Origin: Candidatus Saccharimonadota bacterium | Lineage (GTDB): Archaea; Nanohalarchaeota; Nanosalinia; Nanosalinales; Nanosalinaceae | Assembly (NCBI GenBank): GCA_001761425.1 | Contig: CP012986.1 | Coordinates: forward strand, 1,080,001 to 1,112,000 | Length of the DNA: 32,000 bases | Direction: 5' to 3' | Part shown: in pieces, positions 23,882-31,612 of the stretch | How the letters are laid out: the number at the start of each line of letters is the position of its first letter | How positions within the stretch are numbered: position 1 is the stretch's first letter | Translations under genes and position numbers: made by a program | The notes under the pieces: model-generated | The model's database searches: none | What the model was told of the DNA's origin: nothing | What the model saw: only the letters and a program-made list of their open reading frames with translations

Positions 23882-24400
23882 ATGACAGCTGATCTTGACT
23901 GGATCAATCTTGATGCGGACGAAGAAGTTCTCTGGGATGGAGAACCACGTATGAAAAGCATAATACCGGCACTCGCAATAGGTATTCCATTCTCCATATT
24001 CGGGATAGGCCTACTGATAATCGCGGGAGCATACCTCCAGATAAAAAACACCAGTTTCGTGGTAACCGATCAAGGCCTGTACAAGAAACAGGGGATACTG
24101 TCGCGTAGCGTCCAGAAAATAGGATTTGACAAAGTTCAAAACATCAGCTTCAGTCAGGGAATCTTCGGAACACAGTTCAACTACGGAAACATCGAGATCA
24201 GCACCGCAGGAGGATCAGGAGTGGAGATGCGGTTCAACAGCATTGACAACCCACGCGAAGTAGAACAGATAATCAACAAGCACCTGAAAAAAGAGAAAGA
24301 AAGCAAGGGGACAAAAGAAAGAAGAAGCGGAGACAAGGAACTGGTAGAGGAACTAAGAGAGATCAAAAGTCTGTTGAAGGAAATAAACGGGAAACTGTAA
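23882..24400 (+). CDS. Membrane-flanked bacterial PH domain protein (bPH_2 / DUF304, YdbS/YdbT-like)
   Basis: EEVLWDGEPRMKS, then two TM helices, then NTSFVVTDQGLYKKQGILSRSVQKIGFDKVQNISFSQGIFGTQFNYGNIEISTAGG...FNSIDNPREV. This is the typical bPH_2 layout. Confidence 0.72.
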   Translation: MTADLDWINLDADEEVLWDGEPRMKSIIPALAIGIPFSIFGIGLLIIAGAYLQIKNTSFVVTDQGLYKKQGILSRSVQKIGFDKVQNISFSQGIFGTQFNYGNIEISTAGGSGVEMRFNSIDNPREVEQIINKHLKKEKESKGTKERRSGDKELVEELREIKSLLKEINGKL

Positions 24401-24419
24401 CGAAAGGCCTTCCAATCTC

Positions 24420-25124
24420 CTATTCTTCTCCTATGTATTCTCCTTCCTCTCTTCTAAAATCATCTTCGTCCATTTCCTCTCTGACATGTGCTACGAGGCC
24501 TGGTGTCCGTGCGATTATGAAAAGGCCTTTACCGAGTCTGTAGTCCCAGTCGAGATCGCTCATGACTGCTGAGATCGCTCCGTCTACATTGATGACAAGA
24601 GGGATTTTCTTTTCGGCGAATACGTTTTTTATCTCTTTCATTTTTTCTGCGTATTCTCCTTTGAGGCCGAGATTTTCTGCTTTCTGGAAGATCTTTTCTG
24701 CTCTAGGATCTCTGTCATCGTATACTTTGTGGCCCAGGCCTGGTATCTTTTCTCCTCTCTCCAGATGTTCCTCTACTATTTCTTCTGGTGTTTTCTGTGA
24801 CTGTAGGGTTTTCATTCCTTCTTCGATTGCTCCCCCGTGTTTGTCTCCCAGTGCGAGGACTCCTGCTGCGACACCTGTGTTCATGTCGTTGCCTCCGCTC
24901 TGGACAGTCCTGGCCGAGACAGTGGATGGGTTTCCGACTCCATGATCGATACTGGAGGACAGTACTGTGTTAAATAGCTGTGATTCCTCCGCTCCGGGTT
25001 CTTCGCCTTTCAAGAGGAGCCAGATGGCGTCGGCGAATTCCATCCCCATGACTTTTTCCATATCCTGTCCACGTATTTTCCCGTCTTCGCCTGAAGACGC
25101 TATCTCGGTTCTCCACTCTGTCAT
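24420..25124 (-). CDS. Citryl-CoA lyase-like protein (short citrate synthase / ATP-citrate lyase C-terminal domain family)
   Basis: VLSSSIDHGVGNPSTVSARTV...GVLALGDKHGGAIEEG...IPGLGHKVYDDRDPRAEKIF...VNVDGAISAV...LFIIARTPGLVAHVREE are citrate-synthase-family catalytic His/Asp regions. At 234 aa it is much shorter than a full citrate synthase. Confidence 0.82.
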   Translation of the reverse strand: MTEWRTEIASSGEDGKIRGQDMEKVMGMEFADAIWLLLKGEEPGAEESQLFNTVLSSSIDHGVGNPSTVSARTVQSGGNDMNTGVAAGVLALGDKHGGAIEEGMKTLQSQKTPEEIVEEHLERGEKIPGLGHKVYDDRDPRAEKIFQKAENLGLKGEYAEKMKEIKNVFAEKKIPLVINVDGAISAVMSDLDWDYRLGKGLFIIARTPGLVAHVREEMDEDDFRREEGEYIGEE

Positions 25125-25215
25125 AAAGGTTTTTGAAACCTGAACGGATTTAACCTTTCTGAAACCGGCGAAAGATGAAAGACCTTATTTAATGCTTTCT
25201 ACCATTAACATGTAT

Positions 25216-25731
25216 ATGGAAGGCCATAAATTCGCTCTAGGCCTCTTTCTGGTTTTAATTGCCTCAGGATGTGCAGAAATAACCGGAGAGGTCTCAGAGA
25301 GCCCGAGCTTTGAGACCCTGGCTCTGGACGTAGAGACTGTTGAGGGTGTTACAGGTGCAGATTACAGGCCTTCAGACGGGAATCTCTCAGGTTCTTTTCT
25401 GAATATGAGTTCTATGGTAAAGAGGGTCGAGTCCTTCTTTGTCCAGGACGGCAATCTCTCCGAGGCCCCTGATTCAGTTCAGTCCATGGTCGTGGCTCTG
25501 AACAGCAGTTCAAACGATACTGTTACAGACATCAGTTTCGACAGGACTGTGGACATAGATGGTTATGAGGCCCGCAAGTTGAACTCGACAAATCAGACCT
25601 TGCTTTACAGCGAAAGAGATAATCTTTCGTTCGCCGTCAGAACTGAAGGCGACGGATTTTACAGCTCCGCCAGAAAACTTTACAGTGAGATAGCTGAAGA
25701 CATAGAATCCTTCGAAAATAGTTCTAACTAA
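25216..25731 (+). CDS. Secreted lipoprotein, hypothetical
   Basis: MEGHKFALGLFLVLIASGC lipobox. Start chosen at 25216 because a TTATTTAA box at 25185-25192 overlaps the track's ATG at 25192. Several N-x-S/T sequons. Confidence 0.6.
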   Translation: MEGHKFALGLFLVLIASGCAEITGEVSESPSFETLALDVETVEGVTGADYRPSDGNLSGSFLNMSSMVKRVESFFVQDGNLSEAPDSVQSMVVALNSSSNDTVTDISFDRTVDIDGYEARKLNSTNQTLLYSERDNLSFAVRTEGDGFYSSARKLYSEIAEDIESFENSSN

Positions 25732-26485
25732 ATCCCGTATCGACATAATCAATCCATCTTCTCTGCACAGACTCGTCCGGGCCGTACTCCTCCACAGCTT
25801 CTTCAACCGCTGTCTCCAGGAACTTCCTCTGGTAGAGATCGTTTCTTGACCTTAACTTCGGATCATCCATCTCATCTCCAGAAGGCATCCTGCCCTCAAG
25901 ATCAGACCTGTCCATATCAGCTCTTTGAAAAGGCCAAAGCTCGAACTCCGAAGCATAGCTGAGGCCTATATCATTCGGAGGCCCGTTCCTGTAATCATCG
26001 TGGAAACGGGAAAGCTCATCGCTCTCAGTGAAATCAAGATCTCTACGAAATAGTTCCATCTCAGAGAGAGCCTGTCCCTCAGCTTTCTCCGGTAAAACAC
26101 TGTGAACATAGTTCGTCGCTGCTCTGTAGGCCTTCTGTTCTCTTCTGATAATTTCTCCCAACCACTGATCGACCGAGGCCCTCATATAGGCCTCTAGATT
26201 GTCTATATCTTCGTCGAAGTCTATCTGAAGGGATGTTCTTCCACCTGGAAAGTTTTCGACGTAGATATGCATGTTTCCGTTCTGTATCTCAAGATCCTTC
26301 GAGTTTCCGTTCGGGTGAGGTGTCACATTGTATCCTTTGCGGTTGGCGTGTTCCCAGAGGGTGTCGAAATCAAGGAGGTTTCTGGAGCCTCCTGCCTCTG
26401 TTCCAAGAAATTCTCTGTCGTATGTATTTTCCTCACGGTCGAATTCTCCCGGACCGAAGATCTCCTCAAAGCCTAGGACAGTCAT
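25724..26485 (-). CDS. Hypothetical acidic protein
   Basis: 253 aa with composition like the rest of the proteome. Lies 48 nt downstream of the SCS-alpha-like gene on the same strand. No motif recognised. Confidence 0.6.
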   Translation of the reverse strand: MTVLGFEEIFGPGEFDREENTYDREFLGTEAGGSRNLLDFDTLWEHANRKGYNVTPHPNGNSKDLEIQNGNMHIYVENFPGGRTSLQIDFDEDIDNLEAYMRASVDQWLGEIIRREQKAYRAATNYVHSVLPEKAEGQALSEMELFRRDLDFTESDELSRFHDDYRNGPPNDIGLSYASEFELWPFQRADMDRSDLEGRMPSGDEMDDPKLRSRNDLYQRKFLETAVEEAVEEYGPDESVQRRWIDYVDTGFS

Positions 26486-26533
26486 ACATCATAACTGTGC
26501 GGGAAGTTTTTACCAAGTTATGGAGGAACATAT

Positions 26534-27427
26534 CTAATCCAGTACATTATCCAGCATATCACCGATCTCATGGTGAACATCTGCGACGTGAGCACCGGCC
26601 TGTTTCAAGGCCTTTTCTTTGTGGCTAGGCTTCCCACGATCTCCTCTTATGATCGCTCCTGCGTGGCCGTACTTTTTCTCCGGCATATCCTCCGTGAACT
26701 TTCCGGTTATATACACTACCAGGGGCTTCGTGAACTCTCCTTTTTCCACGAATTCAGCGGCTTTCTCCTCGTAAGTTCCTCCTAGCTCTCCAAACAAGAC
26801 GACAGCCTCAGTCTGGTCATCCTCCTCGAACTTTTCCAGTGCGTCTTCAAACGCAGTTCCTGCAATAACATCTCCGCCAAGGCCTGCGGCGGTAGAAACT
26901 CCATATCCTGCCTGTCGGACAACCCATGAAGTTTCCGTTGTCATTCCACCGCTCTTGGAGATTACCCCTACCTTCCCTTCTCTGTAGACTCTCTCAGGTT
27001 TGTTTCCTCCGATAGGCCCGAGCTTTGCTTTTCCAGGAGAGATGATACCTACGCTTGTAGGACCTACCATCGTCGCATCGTATTCCTGAACTTTCTCGTA
27101 TATCTCCCAGGCATCCCTCGTCGGAATCCTTTCAGTAATAACGTTCAATGTCTCTACACCGTTTTCCAAGGCCTCGAATACAGCGTCTCTAGCGGCGAAA
27201 GGCGGGACATAGATCAGTGAAGTATTTATGCCTGGATGCTTCTGTAAGGCCTCCCGGACGGTGTCATAGACCGGTACGCCTTCAACTTTCTGCCCTCCCT
27301 TGCCGGGAGTTACGCCCGCAACGACGTCGGTACCGTACTCGATCATCTCCGGGACCTTTTCACTTGCCTCCCTGCCCGTGATCCCTTGAACCAGAACCTT
27401 GGTATCTTCATCTATGAGTATACTCAT
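26534..27427 (-). CDS. Succinyl-CoA synthetase alpha-type subunit (CoA-binding plus phosphohistidine domain); candidate citryl-CoA synthetase / ACL small subunit
   Basis: LVQGITGREAS...YGTDVVAGVTPGKGGQKVEGVPVYDTV and the phosphohistidine loop KKYGHAGAIIRGDRGKP. Confidence 0.9.
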   Translation of the reverse strand: MSILIDEDTKVLVQGITGREASEKVPEMIEYGTDVVAGVTPGKGGQKVEGVPVYDTVREALQKHPGINTSLIYVPPFAARDAVFEALENGVETLNVITERIPTRDAWEIYEKVQEYDATMVGPTSVGIISPGKAKLGPIGGNKPERVYREGKVGVISKSGGMTTETSWVVRQAGYGVSTAAGLGGDVIAGTAFEDALEKFEEDDQTEAVVLFGELGGTYEEKAAEFVEKGEFTKPLVVYITGKFTEDMPEKKYGHAGAIIRGDRGKPSHKEKALKQAGAHVADVHHEIGDMLDNVLD

Positions 27428-28062
27428 TTCGAGTCAACCTCCTTCAAGGCCTCTCTCACGTTCTCACAGGTAAGTTTATGGATGGTAGGTCCTTTAAAGC
27501 CCGAGTTGAACACATGGTAGTTATCGTTCCATACGAAATGCATACCCTCCTTCTCAGCGGCCTTATCTCTGTCCACGTAGTTCCCGAAGTAGACGAATCT
27601 ACCCGCGTCTTCATCCCTCTGCTCGATGAAAGCCTGGAAAATCCTTCTATCCGGCTTTTCAACGCCAACTTCCTCGGAAACAACGAAGCCCTGATAAGAA
27701 AGGCCTTCCTGGTTGAACAGCTCTTCGTAAAAGTTTTTCGCAGCGATGGAGTTGTCGCTGATGAACCCTATAGGTCCGAAATCTTCGTTAATCCTTTTCA
27801 GCTCTTCTATCACGTTTTCTCTGAGGAAGTCGCGCTCCCAGTCAAGGTAAGTCTTCTTCAGCTTCTCCGCGTCCGCCTCTATACTGTGTTTTTCCAGCCA
27901 GGCCTCGACCTCGGATGGCTTGTAGATGTTGTACTCGTTTATCGGGAGTTCAGGAGCATCTTTTACTCCTTCACGTCTCAGTTCTTCGTGGACTTTCTCG
28001 TTTATCTTCTCGTGGGATGGTAGCAGGGTGTCGCCGATATCGAATACAGGTATTTTATTCAA
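27424..28062 (-). CDS. HAD-superfamily protein with atypical motif I (FDIGDTL), paralogue 2
   Basis: IPVFDIGDTLLPS (motif I variant), GFISDNS (motif II), VGVEKP (motif III Lys) and FVYFGNYVDRD (motif IV variant). Shares 4-nt and 8-nt overlaps with its neighbours. Confidence 0.78.
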   Translation of the reverse strand: MNKIPVFDIGDTLLPSHEKINEKVHEELRREGVKDAPELPINEYNIYKPSEVEAWLEKHSIEADAEKLKKTYLDWERDFLRENVIEELKRINEDFGPIGFISDNSIAAKNFYEELFNQEGLSYQGFVVSEEVGVEKPDRRIFQAFIEQRDEDAGRFVYFGNYVDRDKAAEKEGMHFVWNDNYHVFNSGFKGPTIHKLTCENVREALKEVDSK

Positions 28063-28705
28063 GGTTACTGATCACCTCTCTTAGCTTCTCAAATTCAAGT
28101 TCGTCTATCTCAGGGCCTTCAAAGCTGGAGTTGACTGTATCAAACTGCGTGACCCAGATGTACTTCATACCTGCGTCCAGTGCTCCTGAATCTACCTCTG
28201 CATCATTTCCTATGTAGACAAATTCCCCGGGAGGCCTCTCTCTTTTCTCTGTAAAGGCCTTGAAGATCTCAGGGCTTGGTTTCTCCACACCTACCTCCTC
28301 GGAGACTACTATCGTATCATAGTCGACCTCATGTTCGTCAAGCAGCTTCTTCATAAGGTTTTTGGCCTCTACAGAGTTGTCGCTGATGATTCCTACAGTT
28401 CCGAACTCTCTGTTGCATTTTGCGAAGAGATCAAATACACCATTTTCCATCATAAGATCCTCGAAGGCCTCCAGATACCTTTTCCTGCAGCCATGAGCCA
28501 GTTCCCTGGGATCGCCGTCTATATCATATTTTTCAAGATACTGTTCAATCTGGCTCGGATCATACATCATGAACTTGTCAGGATCGAAATCGTGGACAAC
28601 TTTATGATTCCTCTGACGCAGTTCATCCTCGATGACGTGTGAGGCAAATTTTCTTGAAGGAACCAGGGTATCTCCTATGTCAAAGACAGGTACAAATCCG
28701 CTCAT
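28055..28705 (-). CDS. HAD-superfamily protein with atypical motif I (FDIGDTL), paralogue 1
   Basis: VPVFDIGDTLVPS, GIISDNS, VGVEKP and FVYIGNDAEVD. Clearly a paralogue of 27424-28062, sharing for example the 16-nt string GAGTTGTCGCTGATGA. Confidence 0.78.
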   Translation of the reverse strand: MSGFVPVFDIGDTLVPSRKFASHVIEDELRQRNHKVVHDFDPDKFMMYDPSQIEQYLEKYDIDGDPRELAHGCRKRYLEAFEDLMMENGVFDLFAKCNREFGTVGIISDNSVEAKNLMKKLLDEHEVDYDTIVVSEEVGVEKPSPEIFKAFTEKRERPPGEFVYIGNDAEVDSGALDAGMKYIWVTQFDTVNSSFEGPEIDELEFEKLREVISNLE

Positions 28706-29847
28706 TCAACACCACCCTTGTACTCTTTAACCATCTCCATTAAATCTTCTGCGGACTGTGTCATAGGCTTGTCATTCCTGAAAAGTTTCATGTTTAGACC
28801 TAGCTCCTCTTTCTTCTCTCTAAGCAGTTCGAAGGCCTTGTCCGCATGAGGCCCATCTCTACGCACGACGATCGGATAATCAGGTTTTTCCTCCTCCAGG
28901 GCCTGGATAAAGCCTTTCATAGTCCTGAGAATGTCTGTATTGTTTGCTGTTCCTCCGACATGCCATAGACCGTTCAGATCTTTCGACATGATAACCTTTG
29001 CGAGCTTGTAAACTTTTTCTGTCGGCGGATTACCTCCGTACTCCGTGTAGTTTGCTGGTTCTCCGCCGTATTCGATCAATGCATCTGTGTTGGTTAAGCT
29101 TGCGCCTCCGCCAGCCAGCATCATTCCGATATCGCCTTCAAGTTCAGTATATTTTCCTGCAACCCCTCTATGGTCCTGTTCATCGATTTTTTCCGCACGC
29201 AACTCTCTAGAAGTTTTTTCACGGCCAAGATCCGACCTTTCCGGCAGCTCCCGGTCATGCCTGTAACTTGCGTCATTGTCCAGATCCATCATCGCATCCA
29301 GGATAATGTAACCGTCCTCCGTCTTCGCCAGTGGATTTACCTCCAGCAAGCGTGCATCTTCCTCCAGAAAGGCCTTGAACATCTTCTGAAGCACTTTTCC
29401 AAGGCTGACGATTTCCTTTCCTTCAAAGCCATTTTCTTTCAGGAACTGTCTGAAACGGAACTGAGAACTGTCTTCCAGCGGAAGTTTTGAGGCCTCTCTG
29501 TCCTCTATCCCTGAGCCTCCCTGTTCCGAGAATATCATAGCCGGTTTTCGCGTGTCTGTATCGTAGATGAATGATACGTAGTATTCTTCTTCAAAATCTA
29601 TCTGTTCCTCGACTAGAACTTTCTGTACTTCTTCGCCGTCGATCCTTCCACCGGTCATTTCGCTTTCAACTACCTGTACTTCCTTCCTGTTCTCCGCGAA
29701 CCTGATTCCACCCTTCTCCTTCCTCTTGTTGGCCAGTACCTGGGCCTTAACAACGTATTCTCTATCGTCATGTTGAAGGCCTTTCTCTGGCGTTTTGAGG
29801 CCGTTTCTTTCCAGTATTTCTTTGGCCTCTTGTTCGTGGAGTTTCAC
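28702..29847 (-). CDS. ATP-grasp beta-type subunit of the succinyl-CoA synthetase / ATP-citrate lyase family (ACL-like features)
   Basis: MKLHEQEAKEILERNGL ATP-grasp N-terminus. MLAGGGASLTNTDALIEYGGEPANYTEYGGNPP and VGGTANNTDI...IVVRRDGPHADKAF resemble the ACLY blocks AGGGASVVY...ANYGEYSGAP and GGSIANFT...VRRGGPNYQEG more than the SCS-beta block NGAGLAM...PANFLDVGGGA. This comparison is from memory. Confidence 0.88.
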   Translation of the reverse strand: MKLHEQEAKEILERNGLKTPEKGLQHDDREYVVKAQVLANKRKEKGGIRFAENRKEVQVVESEMTGGRIDGEEVQKVLVEEQIDFEEEYYVSFIYDTDTRKPAMIFSEQGGSGIEDREASKLPLEDSSQFRFRQFLKENGFEGKEIVSLGKVLQKMFKAFLEEDARLLEVNPLAKTEDGYIILDAMMDLDNDASYRHDRELPERSDLGREKTSRELRAEKIDEQDHRGVAGKYTELEGDIGMMLAGGGASLTNTDALIEYGGEPANYTEYGGNPPTEKVYKLAKVIMSKDLNGLWHVGGTANNTDILRTMKGFIQALEEEKPDYPIVVRRDGPHADKAFELLREKKEELGLNMKLFRNDKPMTQSAEDLMEMVKEYKGGVE

Positions 29848-29915
29848 ATCTGGGAATTTTTTCTGAATGTTTAAATTTCGAAAGGCTGAAAACCATGGAG
29901 CTACAGTTTTTATTC

Positions 29916-30434
29916 ATGGTTTATACTGGACGTGGAGACAGAGGAAGAACCGATCTCTCCTCGGGGGAGAGAGTTTCCAAAAGTTCTGAAAGGATCGAGG
30001 CCTACGGCACGGTTGATGAATTAAACTCTCTTCTCGGAGTCTGCAGAAGCTTTACGGAAGACAAAGATAAAGAGATTGAAGAGATACAGAACGAGTTGCA
30101 TATACTTCAGGCAGAGCTTGCGAACCGTGAACCGGAGACAAAAGTCACTGAGGAAAACACTGAAAGACTCGAAGGCCTCTGCGATAAGTACCAGGAAGAA
30201 TGTCCTCCGCTGACCAGCTTCATCCTTGCAGGAGGTACAGAAAGTGCGGCACAGTTACATAATGCTCGTTCAGTTGCCAGGAGAGCAGAGAGAAGAATTG
30301 TCAGGCTGGACCAAGACGAAGAACTCCGTGAAGAAGTCCTGGCCTATATCAACAGGCTGAGCGATCTTTTCTTCCTCATGGCAAGACATGAAAACTATCT
30401 AAACGATGTAGAGGAGAAAAATCCCAGGTACTAG
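29916..30434 (+). CDS. ATP:cob(I)alamin adenosyltransferase, PduO type
   Basis: MVYTGRGDRGRTDLSSGERVSKSSERIEAYGTVDELNSLLG...FILAGGTESAAQLHNARSVARRAERRIV...INRLSDLFF. Start at 29916 gives the canonical N-terminus. Confidence 0.9.
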   Translation: MVYTGRGDRGRTDLSSGERVSKSSERIEAYGTVDELNSLLGVCRSFTEDKDKEIEEIQNELHILQAELANREPETKVTEENTERLEGLCDKYQEECPPLTSFILAGGTESAAQLHNARSVARRAERRIVRLDQDEELREEVLAYINRLSDLFFLMARHENYLNDVEEKNPRY

Positions 30435-31189
30435 AGTTTTCTGTTCCACTCTGGAGAACAGAATTTTTCCTCCACCAGTTTTTCAGCTTCTTCAAGTTCC
30501 TCCTCAGTAAGGCCTTCTTCCACCGTTTTCCTGTCCTCTACAAATTTCTGTATCAAGGCCTGTATTACCTGTTTCCGTGAGGCCTCTGTATGGTCTTTAA
30601 TTTTTGATACTCTTTTCTCAGCTGATTTCACTGCTTTATCGGAGACCTTTTCTTTTCCGATCCTCAGGACTTTCAGCATTTCCTCTGTGTCAAGATCGTA
30701 GCTCATCGTTGTGTGGTGTAAAACTGCTTTCTGTTTCCTGAGCTGGGCAGCACCTCCAAGCTTTCCATCAGTGTGCTCGATATCGTTCAGAGGTTCGTAG
30801 CTCGCTTCAACGCCAAGATCGTTCAGGGCCTTGACCGCAAATTCATCCAGCTTCCTGTAGCTTTCCTCTACATCTTCCGGAACTTCGTCTTTCGGGATAT
30901 AGATAGAGTATGTTATCACGTTACCTGGCTCGCAGAACATTGCTCCTCCTCCAGTTATCCTTCTTACAACCTCTACGCCTTTTTCCTCAGCGTATTCATG
31001 CTCAACTTCATCCTGGTAGGCCTGAAACCTTCCGAACGGAACACTGGGTCCTTTTCTGTACCAGAACCTGAGTGTAGGCCTCATATCCACGTTATTCATT
31101 TTTTCTGTCAGCACTTCATCGATCGCATGATGCATCGCCTCAGAATACTCTCCCTCATTGATTACGCGCCACTTACTCATCTCTTTCAC
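30431..31189 (-). CDS. lplA: Lipoate-protein ligase A, catalytic (N-terminal) domain protein
   Basis: TLRFWYRKGPSVPFGRFQ...GVEVVRRITGGGAMFCEPGNVITYSI...KLGGAAQLRKQKAVLHHTTM matches the BPL/LPL catalytic domain, with the RRxxGGGAV-like motif and the lipoyl-AMP Lys region. Confidence 0.88.
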   Translation of the reverse strand: MKEMSKWRVINEGEYSEAMHHAIDEVLTEKMNNVDMRPTLRFWYRKGPSVPFGRFQAYQDEVEHEYAEEKGVEVVRRITGGGAMFCEPGNVITYSIYIPKDEVPEDVEESYRKLDEFAVKALNDLGVEASYEPLNDIEHTDGKLGGAAQLRKQKAVLHHTTMSYDLDTEEMLKVLRIGKEKVSDKAVKSAEKRVSKIKDHTEASRKQVIQALIQKFVEDRKTVEEGLTEEELEEAEKLVEEKFCSPEWNRKL

Positions 31190-31460
31190 CCTCTACAGCT
31201 TCCCTGAAGGCCTCAAAAACGTCTTCAGCGGAGAATCCTATCATATCGACATCTACCTCTTCCAGTTTCTCTACTACCTCTTCCTTCTCTGCCTCTGTTT
31301 CGAGGCCTTCCAGCTTTCTTTCAAGCTCCTCCAGTTTTTCCGGCGGTTCAAGGAAGAAGTCGCCTCTGATTTCTGCGTTCTCTATCTTTTTGTTTTCCTT
31401 CTCCAGTTCCAGCTTTATCATTTTTCCATCCGGGACTTTCCTTGAAGCTTTCAGAGTCAT
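31173..31460 (-). CDS. lplB: Lipoate-protein ligase accessory subunit (LplA C-terminal domain as a separate protein, LplB-like)
   Basis: GKMIKLELEKENKKIENAEIRGDFFLEPPEKLEELERKLEGL...MIGFSAEDVFEAFREAV resembles the LplA C-terminal domain. It overlaps lplA by 17 nt. Start taken at ATG 31460. Confidence 0.72.
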   Translation of the reverse strand: MTLKASRKVPDGKMIKLELEKENKKIENAEIRGDFFLEPPEKLEELERKLEGLETEAEKEEVVEKLEEVDVDMIGFSAEDVFEAFREAVEGERDE

Positions 31461-31612
31461 GTTTCTACACTTGGAGAGGCCTGAATAAAAACAGGATGGA
31501 AGCCTTGGGAGAATGGCATTCTTTTTCAACCAGCAGATTCTTTTTTCAGGTAGAGATAAACTGGCACAGCAGCAGATTTTTCCCTGCCTACAGCAATCTC
31601 GAGGTTTAACCA

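Noticed and set aside
27478-28642. Plus-strand ORFs 27478-28023, 27915-28217 and 28331-28642
   Set aside because: They are antisense to the two HAD paralogues, whose motifs and mutual similarity support the minus-strand reading.
30773-31445. Plus-strand ORFs 30773-31207 and 31158-31445
   Set aside because: They are antisense to lplA and lplB, with hydrophobic, Phe/Leu-rich shadow composition.
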